Shown here: one piece after another, positions 1 through 9,090 of the stretch
How the letters are laid out: each line of letters opens with the position of its first letter
Position numbering within the stretch: position 1 is the stretch's first letter
Source of the DNA: Candidatus Gastranaerophilales bacterium
GTDB taxonomy: Bacteria; Cyanobacteriota; Vampirovibrionia; Gastranaerophilales; Gastranaerophilaceae
DNA: 64,000 nt
NCBI GenBank assembly: GCA_947624975.1
Contig: CANQMP010000002.1
Span: 22,878-86,877, forward strand
Direction: 5' to 3'
Notes under the pieces: generated by a model
Seen by the model: only the letters and a program-made list of their open reading frames with translations
What the model was told of the DNA's origin: nothing
The model's database searches: none
Made by a program: the position numbers and the translations under genes

Positions 1-498
1 TTCCTCCAAATCCTTAGGCAGCCCCAAAAAATACTGCCTCATTAAAAATATCCCGAAACCGCCAAATAATGCAGGTAAAATTAATGCCTGATAAGTGTCT
101 GTAAAATGCAGTTCCCGCATCATAAAAAACAAAGGTATGATATTAACCTGCGGCGGCACAAGCATCGTTATCAAAATAATTAAAAACAGTGCGTCCCTGT
201 ATTTGAAATTCATTCTCGCAAAAGCATAACCAGCCATTGACGCAAAAATTACCTGCCCGAAAGTCGCAATTACCGCTACAACAAGACTGTTGAAAAAATA
301 TAAACTCAAAGGAATTTCCGAAAAAACATTCCCGTAATTTTCAACGGTTAATCCTGAATGGAAAATTTTCCCCGCATTAAGAAAAATTTCGTTATTCGGC
401 GTAAAAGAAAGGTTTACCATGGCAATGAACGGATAAAGCATACTTATCGCAATTAATACCAACGTTAAATACCCGAGAAAAATTCTAAACCTTTTCAT
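1..498 (-). CDS. Carbohydrate ABC transporter permease (runs off window start)
   Basis: Manual translation from ATG at 498: MKRFRIFLGYLTLVLIAISMLYPF...YFFNSLVVA...GYAFARMNF...GFGIFLMRQYFLGLPKDLEE, typical MalG-type permease leading into the EAA loop. Confidence 0.9.
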   Translation of the reverse strand, partial: MKRFRIFLGYLTLVLIAISMLYPFIAMVNLSFTPNNEIFLNAGKIFHSGLTVENYGNVFSEIPLSLYFFNSLVVAVIATFGQVIFASMAGYAFARMNFKYRDALFLIILITMLVPPQVNIIPLFFMMRELHFTDTYQALILPALFGGFGIFLMRQYFLGLPKDLEE

Positions 499-566
499 AA
501 TCCGATTATACCACGTGAAAACTCACAAATCACTAAATCACTTTGTAAAGGATGGGGATGGGGTCA

Positions 567-942
567 GTCATTGCAAGCGTATGCGAAGCAATCCAGCCTA
601 TAATTTTGCACGCAGTGCCGTAATTATTCACCCTCCCCTAACGGGGAGGGCAGGGGTGGGGTACAGTTTTTTCCCCTCCCTTTGTAAGGGAGGGGGAACA
701 GGGGGTGGGTTAATCCCCTCTCCCCCTGCGGGAGAGGGCTAGAGTGAAGGGTAAACCGTCATTGCGAGCGAATGCGAAGCAATCCAGCCTATAATTTCGC
801 ACGCAGTGCCGTAATTATTCACCCTCCCCTAACGGGGAGGGCAGGGGTGGGGTACAGTTTTTTCCCCTCCCTTTTCAAGGGAGGGGGCAAGGGGTGGGTT
901 AATCCCCTCTCCCCTTGCGGGAGAGGGTTAGGGTGAGGGGTC
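567..942. repeat. Tandem duplication of a ~190-bp palindromic REP-like mosaic (units 567-757 and 758-942)
   Basis: Two near-identical units starting gtcattgc-agcg-atgcgaagcaatccagc, each with three GC-rich hairpins (ccctcccc..ggggaggg, cccctccct..agggagggg, ccctctccc..gggagaggg). Confidence 0.9.
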
Positions 943-993
943 AGATTTTATTAAGAATTTTTAAAATTTTTTAAAAATTTTCCATTTCCCCCC

Positions 994-1021
994 TTGCATT
1001 TTTTGAAAAATCGGTTATAAT
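994..1021 (+). promoter_or_regulatory. Putative sigma70 promoter of pilin-like gene 1
   Basis: TTGCAT-16 nt-TATAAT, followed by SD AAAGGA (1041-1046) and ATG at 1055. Confidence 0.6.
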
Positions 1022-1054
1022 GAGAATGTGTAAAGAATAGAAAGGACAAATGAC

Positions 1055-1847
1055 ATGAAGAAGATTACTATTAGCGCACTTAACCCATCGGGGGGGGGGG
1101 GGATTTCCTCATAGCATAGGTTTTAAGAGTATTCTAGCCTCAAAAACCAAGAATTACGCGTTTACCCTTGCCGAAGTGTTGATAACTTTAGCCATAATCG
1201 GTGTTGTTGCAGCGTTGACCATGCCTGTGCTTATAAATAAATATCAGGAAAGAGTCACGATAACTAAAGTTAAAAAGATGTATTCAGTGCTAAATCAAGC
1301 GGTGAAACTGGCAGAAGTAGATAACGGGCCGGTAAATACGTGGAATTTGCCCAAATACTTCAGTGGCGGGAGTCAAGAGCTGTACAGTTATTTAAAACCG
1401 TATTTAAGAGTTGCAAAAGAATGTGTTGAAGATAACTCGGGTAATTGTCTTGATACAAATACAGATTATTACTATTTAAACGGCATGGAATGGGGTAGCC
1501 CAAATTCCGAGTCTGGTTATGGTAATAAATATTATGTAAGACTTATTCTTTCTGATGGAAGTTTAATTTGGTTTAGATCTGCCGGCACAGAAGGTTGTAC
1601 AGATACAGATAGCGGTTATACTGATGTGTGCGGACTGCTCTGGTATGATGTAAACGGTAGTGCAAAACCAAACACGATGGCAAAAGATATTTTTGCTTAT
1701 TTCCTTCGTCCGTCGGGAGTTTATCCATACGCTGCTCAAAACTGTTATTTGAACAGAAGAGGTTGGGGATGTTCAAAATGGATACTTGAGCATGATAACA
1801 TGAATTATCCCGAAACTGCGCCGTCAGAGTCGAGCGAAAATCAGTAA
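1055..1847 (+). CDS. Type IV prepilin-like / type II secretion protein, leader frameshifted at a G13 tract (ORF track starts at 1176)
   Basis: AFTLAEVLITLAIIGVVAALTMP N-methylation motif and DVNG..PN..KDIF motif. No in-frame start between the in-frame TGA at 1056-1058 and the cleavage site; SD-preceded ATG 1055 joins the frame only with G12 or G15. Confidence 0.8.
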
Positions 1848-1857
1848 AATAAATTAT

Positions 1858-2047
1858 TGATGGGTGGAATGACAATTGTTCCACCCATCCTACTTTCTTA
1901 AATATTCCGTACAGGCTCAGCCTGCCACTTTTTAAAAATTCGTTGGGGTAAAACCCCAACTTACATTTTAACCCCTCACCCTAGCCCTCTCCCGCACGAA
2001 GGTCAATTCGATGGGGAGAGGGAACTAGCCCACCCCAGCCATCTCTT
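1858..2047. repeat. REP-like palindrome mosaic downstream of pilin 1
   Basis: gatgggtggaa..ttccacccatcctac (1859-1893), gttggggtaaaaccccaacttac (1942-1964), cccctcaccctagccctctccc..ggggagaggg (1972-2022). Confidence 0.85.
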
Positions 2048-2122
2048 TTAAATTTAGGAAAAGCAGAAAACAAGCTTTTCAAAACTCGTGTATTCCAAGA
2101 TTAATTATGATATAATCTTTTT

Positions 2123-2707
2123 ATGAAACTTTGTATTTTTTCAGGAACTTTTAACCCTATTCATAAAGCTCATTTGCAGGCGGGGCAGTATGTAATTGAT
2201 AATTTCGGGTTTGATAAAATTCTTTTTATTCCCGCTTACAAGCCGCCGCACAAGGATTATGATTTATCAATGTGTAATCATAGGCTTAGGATGGTTGAAC
2301 TTGCTCTGAAAGGTAATAAAAATTTTGCCGTTTCCGATATAGAATACCAAAATGAGGGAAAGTCGTATTCTTATCTTACGGTGCTTGAACTTTACAAAAA
2401 ATATTCACCTGAAGGAAAAATCAGTTTCATCATCGGCACGGATGCTTTTGAAAAAATTGAAAGCTGGTATGAAGCCGAGGAATTAAAAAAAATGGTCGAT
2501 TTTATCGTTTTTGTCAGGAGCGATAAACCCGTAAATCTTGACCGCTTAAAACAAAGGGGATACAATTTTTGTGTGGCGGAAATGAAATTTAATGACATTT
2601 CATCAACAAATCTCAGAAAACTCGTCGCAAACGGCGAAAACATAAGTAAATACGTTACAAAAGAAGTAGAGGAATATATTTTAGAAAATGGATTATACAA
2701 AAATTAA
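2123..2707 (+). CDS. nadD: Nicotinate-nucleotide adenylyltransferase
   Basis: GTFNPIHKAH (HxGH-like), PPHK, SYSYLTV, IIGTD, ISST motifs. Confidence 0.92.
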   Translation: MKLCIFSGTFNPIHKAHLQAGQYVIDNFGFDKILFIPAYKPPHKDYDLSMCNHRLRMVELALKGNKNFAVSDIEYQNEGKSYSYLTVLELYKKYSPEGKISFIIGTDAFEKIESWYEAEELKKMVDFIVFVRSDKPVNLDRLKQRGYNFCVAEMKFNDISSTNLRKLVANGENISKYVTKEVEEYILENGLYKN

Positions 2708-3263
2708 AGAACGATTAAAGAAGGATTTGACGGAAGAAAGGTATTATCACACTTTAGGCACAGCCGAATGTGCAAAAGAACTTGCGGAAAAATACGGACT
2801 TGATTCGGAAAAAGCGTATCTTGCCGGGCTGCTTCACGATTGCGCTAAGTGTTTTCCTACCGAGAAACTTTTGGAAATTATTAACAAAAATCTTGATATT
2901 GACGAAAGCGAAATGCTTAATTACAAAACTTTACACGCACCTGTGAGTGCTTATATCGCACAAAAAGATTTCGGAATAAACGATGAAGATATTTTATCGG
3001 CGGTCAGATGTCATACGCTCGGAAAACTTGATATGAGCGATTTTGAAAAGATAGTTTTTCTCGCCGATAAAATTGAATTAAACACCCGTGACAAGGATTA
3101 CTGTAAGGAGCTGAGAGAAATTCTCAAGGGCAAAAACGGCTTAAACAAGGCTCTTTTAAGGTGTTACAAAGACACAATTAAAAGTCTGGTCAAAAGAGAT
3201 TTAAAAATTTGTTTGAAAACAATTAAAATTTACAATAAACTTCAAGATTTGGTACAAAATTAG
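2688..3263 (+). CDS. yqeK: HD-domain Ap4A hydrolase YqeK
   Basis: RYYHTLG, AGLLHDCAK, LHAPVSA, HTLG, LADKIE; adjacent to nadD. Confidence 0.88.
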   Translation: MDYTKIKERLKKDLTEERYYHTLGTAECAKELAEKYGLDSEKAYLAGLLHDCAKCFPTEKLLEIINKNLDIDESEMLNYKTLHAPVSAYIAQKDFGINDEDILSAVRCHTLGKLDMSDFEKIVFLADKIELNTRDKDYCKELREILKGKNGLNKALLRCYKDTIKSLVKRDLKICLKTIKIYNKLQDLVQN

Positions 3264-3302
3264 CATGTTCATGTTACAATAAATTTGAAGTGAGGGAAAT
3301 TT

Positions 3303-5576
3303 ATGAACGTAGTTGAGATTAAGAATAATTTGGTAAAAATATCGTACGAACCGTCCGATATGCTTGCGTTATCAGGGTTTGTAATTATCGAGGATGAGAA
3401 TACGCCCTATGTTGCACAGGTTATGAACCTTAGAGGCGATGAAAACGGTAATTTTGCCATTGTTAAACTTTTGTTTACGTTTAACTCCGAAGGTATTCTG
3501 AAAAGCTATAACGGTACCGTTCCTTCTTATAACTCGGTTGTTTCTCCGCTTCCCGTAAAAGATTTGCTGGATGTTATTCCGGTTGAAAAACCTGTTATTA
3601 TCGGAAAACTAGCTCAACTGAATACGACTTTGAGAGTCGATAAAAGTATTTTTGAAAATAATTTGTTAATATGTTCGTCTAATTTCGACAACACTTCACT
3701 TTTGATAGATAATTTTATCAAACAGCTCGACGAAAAAATCGTTATAATTGATACCGAAGGAGTTTTCAAATCGGATAGCAAAATTACGTTCCCGAACGAT
3801 TTCAAACTTCCGCTGAATTACGACACAATTAATTATATATACGAAAACGACCTTGAGGATACGGATTCTGTCAGCAAGGCAATAATTCAGGATATTTTCC
3901 TTGAAGTTCAGGAGTACACAAAAACGCTCTCCGAAGGTTATTTGCCGTTTAATTCGTTCTTCAACGTTGTAGATTCGCAGTTTAAAGAAACTCAAATCCC
4001 GCAGTTAGTGCTGTTGAAAAATAAACTTTTGAAATATAAAGAAGAAGAAATTTTTGCAGACGATGATATATCAGCACTTTCAAGGCTTGCTCAGGTTAAT
4101 GACCCTCTTATAATTGATATTTCAGGTGTTCAAGACAGCCTTCAAAAGGAAGTTATCTCTTATATTTACGGTGTTTTGAACAGCTTGAACGTAAAAATGT
4201 ATTCTTTCGTAAAAATTTCAAACGACAATTCCGATAAGAAGCTTTTGCGTCTGCTCACATCGGAGTCAAATATTTATACGACAATTATTTGCCCTCACGA
4301 GTACAAATATGTTAATGAATTAAAAGAAATTTCGCAGAATAAGATTTTGTTCACTCCGCAGACCTTGCAGCATGATTTCTTGAGTTATAACACGTTTTTG
4401 AACAAACTTAACGGTACGGAATTTGTAATATTCGGTGCTCACACTCAGGATATACCGTTAATTATTCAGCTTAGCGAATTTTCACAAACGAATTACGATG
4501 ATGAGCCTGAAAATTCGCAAGAAACGGAAGAAACAAAAAAATCGCAGGAAAATGTTCTCGCTCAGGTTGTAATGCAGGATTTGTTGCCTGAAACGACCGA
4601 AAAATCAGATGAAAACATTGAAGATGAAGTCCCTGAAATTATACCGACAGAGGATATCGCGGAAGAACCTGCCGTTGAGGAGGTTTTGACGGAAAATACT
4701 TTGGAAGAAATTTCAGAAGAACCTGTAGAAATTTCTGATGAACCCGTGTTTGAAAATGTGCTTGATGAACAAGTAATTGACGAACAGACGGTTTATGATG
4801 AACCGATTATCGAACAAATGTCTGATGAACAGCCTATTGAGGAAAGTTCTGATGAGCCTGTTTTTGAAGTATTATCCGATGAACCCGAAGCGAATGAAAC
4901 GGTACAAGAATTTACGGAAGAATTTTCAGCTGATGAGCCTGAAAATGTTCCCGAAATTACCGCTGATGAGCCGATTATTGAAAATATTTCGGATGATAAA
5001 ACGGATGAAAACATTTCCGAATTAGTAACTGAAAATGCTGACGATGTAAATATTTCCGATACATCAGAAAATGTCGATGATGTGAAAGAATTGACGGCAG
5101 AACTTGAAGAAAACGTTATTTTGACCGATGAAGTAAGTGATGATGAACCTGTTATTGCAGAGCAAACCCCCTCGCTTAGCGGTGATGAGCTTGTCGAACA
5201 GGTCGCGAAAGATGTTGATAAAATTTTCTATGAAAAATTGCCCGAAGAACCTGAAATCGTTGATGATGAGCTGAATGAAGATGATTTGAATTTGATAGAG
5301 GATTTGACGGACGCTCAACAGGACTCGGTTAAAGAATTTACCGAAGATGATATTGTTGAAGAAAATCCCGTTCCCGTCTACCCAGCAGATGATATTGAAG
5401 CGGTTGATACACCATCATTTGAACCCGGTGACAGAGTTTCGACTCCCAAATACGGCGAAGGTGTTGTGGAAAAAATGATTAAGTACGGCAATAAAATGCT
5501 CTGCTCGATAGATTTTCCGAATATCGGAAGAAGGCTTCTTGACCCAGCAATGACGGAAATCACAAAATTATCTTAA
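3303..5576 (+). CDS. Hypothetical protein: degenerate HerA/DUF87-like N-domain, long acidic linker, PcrA/UvrD-type C-terminal Tudor-like domain
   Basis: LLICSSNFDNT at Walker A position, IVIIDTEG, E/D/P-rich linker, FEPGDRVSTPKYGEGVV...IDFPNIGRRLL. Confidence 0.6.
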   Translation: MNVVEIKNNLVKISYEPSDMLALSGFVIIEDENTPYVAQVMNLRGDENGNFAIVKLLFTFNSEGILKSYNGTVPSYNSVVSPLPVKDLLDVIPVEKPVIIGKLAQLNTTLRVDKSIFENNLLICSSNFDNTSLLIDNFIKQLDEKIVIIDTEGVFKSDSKITFPNDFKLPLNYDTINYIYENDLEDTDSVSKAIIQDIFLEVQEYTKTLSEGYLPFNSFFNVVDSQFKETQIPQLVLLKNKLLKYKEEEIFADDDISALSRLAQVNDPLIIDISGVQDSLQKEVISYIYGVLNSLNVKMYSFVKISNDNSDKKLLRLLTSESNIYTTIICPHEYKYVNELKEISQNKILFTPQTLQHDFLSYNTFLNKLNGTEFVIFGAHTQDIPLIIQLSEFSQTNYDDEPENSQETEETKKSQENVLAQVVMQDLLPETTEKSDENIEDEVPEIIPTEDIAEEPAVEEVLTENTLEEISEEPVEISDEPVFENVLDEQVIDEQTVYDEPIIEQMSDEQPIEESSDEPVFEVLSDEPEANETVQEFTEEFSADEPENVPEITADEPIIENISDDKTDENISELVTENADDVNISDTSENVDDVKELTAELEENVILTDEVSDDEPVIAEQTPSLSGDELVEQVAKDVDKIFYEKLPEEPEIVDDELNEDDLNLIEDLTDAQQDSVKEFTEDDIVEENPVPVYPADDIEAVDTPSFEPGDRVSTPKYGEGVVEKMIKYGNKMLCSIDFPNIGRRLLDPAMTEITKLS

Positions 5577-5915
5577 ATTTTTTGCACCTTTAAGATACAC
5601 AAATTGCGGGATAAAATCTTCGTTACAGTTGAGAACTATCAGGATGCGAATACACAAATTCAGTGAATTCGGCACGTCAAGTTCGTGAAAACACATCATG
5701 GCAGTGTCTTTCAAGCCAAAGTCTTTTCTTGCGAATTTTGCGGGAAAATCCGCATTCAAATCATTTGTCGTTGTAAAAATTATGTGTGAAATCTTTTCGG
5801 GAGCAATATTATTTTTATCAAATAATTCTCTCAAAAGCTCAAGAGTCCCGTCTTTTATGGCAGAAGGGGTGTTTTCTTCAACTGTTATTGCTCCGCGAAT
5901 TCCTTTTGTAAACAT
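5568..5915 (-). CDS. aroH: Chorismate mutase AroH class
   Basis: KGIRGAIT, IIFTTTNDL.ADFPA, MMCFHELDV, CIRILI, YLKGAKNLR. Confidence 0.92.
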   Translation of the reverse strand: MFTKGIRGAITVEENTPSAIKDGTLELLRELFDKNNIAPEKISHIIFTTTNDLNADFPAKFARKDFGLKDTAMMCFHELDVPNSLNLCIRILIVLNCNEDFIPQFVYLKGAKNLR

Positions 5916-5918
5916 ATT

Positions 5919-6824
5919 TCACCTCAAACCGTTAGCCCAGTCACGGGCAAGCATTTCACCTTTTCCTTCGGGTTTTACTTTGATAAGCATTATGCTGTCT
6001 TTTCCGCACCCGACTTCAATGCCTTCTTTGCAAAACCTGAATTCCCCGCAAGGAGCCGTGTTTTTAACAACACGGGTTTCAAGAACTTTGATAATTTTGT
6101 CGTTGTGAACAAAATACGCAGACGGAAATTTGTAAATACCTCGTACCAAATTGTGAATATCGTCGGCTGATTTTGTCCAATTAATCAGTGTTTCCTCTTT
6201 GGTAAGCTTGTTTGCCATGCAAACGCCGTTTTCACACTGTTTTTCGGGCGTTATGGTGTTCTCAACAAGCCCTGTTAAAGTTTTTTCGATTAATTCGGGA
6301 GATTTTTCGCTGATTATTTCATATAATTCCGCACAATTCATATTATCGGGAATGCGAATTTTTTCTCTCAGACAAATGTCCCCGCAGTCAAGCCCGAGTT
6401 CGGTAATCATTGTACAAATTCCCGTTTCGCTGTCACCGTTAATAATAGCACGTTGTATGGGGTTTGCCCCTCTGTATTTTGGCAAAAGCGAGGCGTGAAG
6501 ATTAATTGTTTCGTATTTCGGGATATCAAGAACTTCTTGCGAGAGAATTTGACCGAAAGCAAAAGTCACAAAAAAATCAGGATTTAGTTTTTTTAATTCT
6601 TGTTGAACTTCAATATCTTTCCTGATAGATTTCGGCTGAAACACGGGAAGTCCTTTTTCCAGTGCAAAGCGTTTTATCGGCGAAAAAGTTAACTTTTGAC
6701 CGCGTCCTGCGGGTTTGTCGGGTTGAGTTACAATGGCAAGAACATTTATTTTATCGGAATTATACAAATATTCAAGCGATTTGAGAACAATGGCAGGAGT
6801 TCCGAAAAAGACAATATTTATCAC
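5919..6824 (-). CDS. fmt: Methionyl-tRNA formyltransferase
   Basis: FFGTP, TQPDKPAGRG, NLHASLLPKYRGANPI; GTG start overlaps the def stop. Confidence 0.95.
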   Translation of the reverse strand: MINIVFFGTPAIVLKSLEYLYNSDKINVLAIVTQPDKPAGRGQKLTFSPIKRFALEKGLPVFQPKSIRKDIEVQQELKKLNPDFFVTFAFGQILSQEVLDIPKYETINLHASLLPKYRGANPIQRAIINGDSETGICTMITELGLDCGDICLREKIRIPDNMNCAELYEIISEKSPELIEKTLTGLVENTITPEKQCENGVCMANKLTKEETLINWTKSADDIHNLVRGIYKFPSAYFVHNDKIIKVLETRVVKNTAPCGEFRFCKEGIEVGCGKDSIMLIKVKPEGKGEMLARDWANGLR

Positions 6825-7381
6825 TTGTTTAACTCCTTGTCCAGCTCGGAATCGTCTGCGAGCATTTCGGGATTAATCGGCGGAAGATTATGCTTTGCCA
6901 AAACTTCATCGGTTTCAAACCTGTTAACACAGTGGTCTATAAATAAAATGCCGTCAAGGTGGTCGTTTTCGTGCTGAATTGCCCGTGATAAAAGCTCTCC
7001 GTCTTTTGCTTCCATAACGAACGCCCTTCCGTTTATGTCAAGAGCTTTGACAGTAACGTTTGCATAACGTTTTACGTCCGTATAGGCTTGGGGGAAACTG
7101 ATACATCCTTCCTGTGCTATGACCGCACCCGATTTTTTAATGATTTTCGGGTTAATGAAAACCAAAGGATTAAGCGGTTCATCGTTTTTAGATACATCAA
7201 CCACAAAAACCCTATAATTTACGCCGATTTGCGGAGCTGCCATACCCACGCCGTTTTTTGCATACATAGTGTCAAGCAAATCCTGTACAAGCTCGTGAAT
7301 TTTTCGTGAAACCTTGTGAACTTCTTTGGAAGGCTCTCTTAAACTCTTTTCTCCGTATTGCAATACTCTTTTTACAGCCAT
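6821..7381 (-). CDS. def: Peptide deformylase
   Basis: GVGMAAPQIG, EGCISFP, QHENDHLDG. Confidence 0.96.
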   Translation of the reverse strand: MAVKRVLQYGEKSLREPSKEVHKVSRKIHELVQDLLDTMYAKNGVGMAAPQIGVNYRVFVVDVSKNDEPLNPLVFINPKIIKKSGAVIAQEGCISFPQAYTDVKRYANVTVKALDINGRAFVMEAKDGELLSRAIQHENDHLDGILFIDHCVNRFETDEVLAKHNLPPINPEMLADDSELDKELNK

Positions 7382-7417
7382 TGAAACCTCTTTCTTAAAA
7401 AAAATTATACTATAAGT

Positions 7418-8080
7418 CTATCTGATATTCAAGAACTTGTGCATTTGTGCAATTAAGCGTACATTTTGGTATTCTTCAAGGAATTTATCAAGAATTTTTG
7501 CGGCAAATTCCGTTGATACCGCCATACTCTCATCCGTCATTTCAGGCTGTAAAATAAGTTCTATATTAAACTTTTTGCCGATTTCAGTGCATTTTTTTAT
7601 TTCATCATCAGTAATTTTTTCGTTAAAAACAATTTTTGCAAAAGTTTCAACCCCTTTACACGCTTCAAAGAATTTTTCGTGGAATTTGAATGTGTCTTTA
7701 ATACCTGTGGCACTTTCCAGTTTGATATCAGCTGAAACGACTGAAATAAAAGGTTTAACCTCCAAAAATTTATCCGCAAGAGTTGCATTTGTTTCAAGAT
7801 AAATTTTTTTGTTCACACGGGGAAGAAAATCTTTCAGAAACTCGCTATGTAAAAGCGGTTCACCTCCTGTCAGCGAAATCGAATGAACTTTTTTGAATTT
7901 GTTAACTTCATCGGCAAGAGTGCAGGGGTCATATTCTTTGTAATCTTTATCGGCAGAAAATTCCGTATCGCAGTAATTACATTTAAGGTTGCAGTTGCAA
8001 AACCTTACAAAAAGCTGTTTATAGCCTACGTATGGGCCTTCTCCCTGAACTGAGTCAAATATTTCTTTTATTTTAACCAT
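7418..8080 (-). CDS. queE: Radical SAM 7-carboxy-7-deazaguanine synthase-like protein
   Basis: [19 protein letters not shown] (CxxxCxxC), TGGEPLL, ETN, QMHK. Confidence 0.8.
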   Translation of the reverse strand: MVKIKEIFDSVQGEGPYVGYKQLFVRFCNCNLKCNYCDTEFSADKDYKEYDPCTLADEVNKFKKVHSISLTGGEPLLHSEFLKDFLPRVNKKIYLETNATLADKFLEVKPFISVVSADIKLESATGIKDTFKFHEKFFEACKGVETFAKIVFNEKITDDEIKKCTEIGKKFNIELILQPEMTDESMAVSTEFAAKILDKFLEEYQNVRLIAQMHKFLNIR

Positions 8081-9069
8081 ATATTTTCTCTTATGTTTTG
8101 TGATGACAATTTTTTAAGCTTTTCATAAAGCTTTATTTCATCATCCGACAAAACAGAAGGAATTTCAATATGTACAATAACTATAAGGTCGCCTGATTTT
8201 CCGTTTTTGTTAACGCCTTGTCCTGCCAGTCTGAATTTTTGTCCTGTATGGGTTTTCGGAGGAATTTTAAGGCTGATGTTTCCGTCAGATACGGGAATTG
8301 AAATATTACAGCCGAGAACGGCTTCATAAGGGGATATCGGGACGTTATAGGTCATGTTTTCAATTTTTGAATTTTTGTCGGGTTCAATTTTAATTTTCAG
8401 GTACAAATCACCGTTTTTTCCGCCGTTTTCGCCTGTGTTTCCCTCTTGCGGAATTCTCAATTTCGTACCGTTTTTTATGTTTTGCGGAATTTTTACGGTA
8501 ATTTTTCTATGCTCGCTTTTTTCGCCTGTTCCGTTACATTTCGGGCATTTTGTACCGTTTATAAATTTTCTTCCCTTGCAGTGCGGGCATTGAGCGGTAT
8601 GCAAAACATTTATTATCCGCTCACATCCCGTAATACAGTCGTTAACCGTCAGAGTTATTTCTTCATAAATATCAGTTCCTCGTTTGGGAACGGGTTTGGA
8701 CTTTTTGCCGAATTCTTCAAACATTTCATTTATTTTTTTTGAAAATTCTTCTTTTGTTTTTTTGTTAATATCTGAATGAGTCTTTTTTTCGGTTGTTTGA
8801 GTTTTTTTGTATTCGGACTGTGCTTTTTTTGCGGAAGTTTTCTGTTCGGTTTTTGTGTTTGACTTAAAAAATCCGTTTATCGTGTCGTATTGAAGTCGTT
8901 TTTTTGCATCGGAAAGCGTTGCGTAAGCTTCAGAAATATCTTTAAACATTTCTGCCCCCTGCGGGTTCACATCGGGATGATATTTCCGTGCAAGTTTACG
9001 GTAGGCAAGCTTTATTTCCGCGTTTGAACTGTCAGGTGTAACTCCGAGAATTGAATAATAGTTCTTCAT
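8068..9069 (-). CDS. DnaJ-family chaperone with reduced zinc-finger region
   Basis: J-domain with HPD, only two CxxC motifs ([14 protein letters not shown]), DnaJ C-terminal domain GDLY..GDL. Confidence 0.85.
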   Translation of the reverse strand: MKNYYSILGVTPDSSNAEIKLAYRKLARKYHPDVNPQGAEMFKDISEAYATLSDAKKRLQYDTINGFFKSNTKTEQKTSAKKAQSEYKKTQTTEKKTHSDINKKTKEEFSKKINEMFEEFGKKSKPVPKRGTDIYEEITLTVNDCITGCERIINVLHTAQCPHCKGRKFINGTKCPKCNGTGEKSEHRKITVKIPQNIKNGTKLRIPQEGNTGENGGKNGDLYLKIKIEPDKNSKIENMTYNVPISPYEAVLGCNISIPVSDGNISLKIPPKTHTGQKFRLAGQGVNKNGKSGDLIVIVHIEIPSVLSDDEIKLYEKLKKLSSQNIRENIWLK

Positions 9070-9090
9070 ATTTTTATATATAATGAAGGT

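Noticed and set aside
515-742. 75-aa ORF in the ORF track
   Set aside because: It is a translation of the palindromic repeat mosaic (G/P-rich), with no SD or recognisable protein features.
567-942. Possible CRISPR array
   Set aside because: Whole ~190-bp units repeat with no unique spacers, and there are no cas genes.
1050-1058. ATG 1050 as the true in-frame pilin 1 start with TGA readthrough
   Set aside because: Only 3 nt from the SD and stopped at codon 3; ATG 1055 has 8-nt spacing. No recoding signal seen, though not formally excluded.
4480-5400. Tandem DNA repeat or variable region in the acidic linker
   Set aside because: Similarity is loose and at peptide level (DEP.IE); no exact nucleotide periodicity or template/variable repeat pair was seen.
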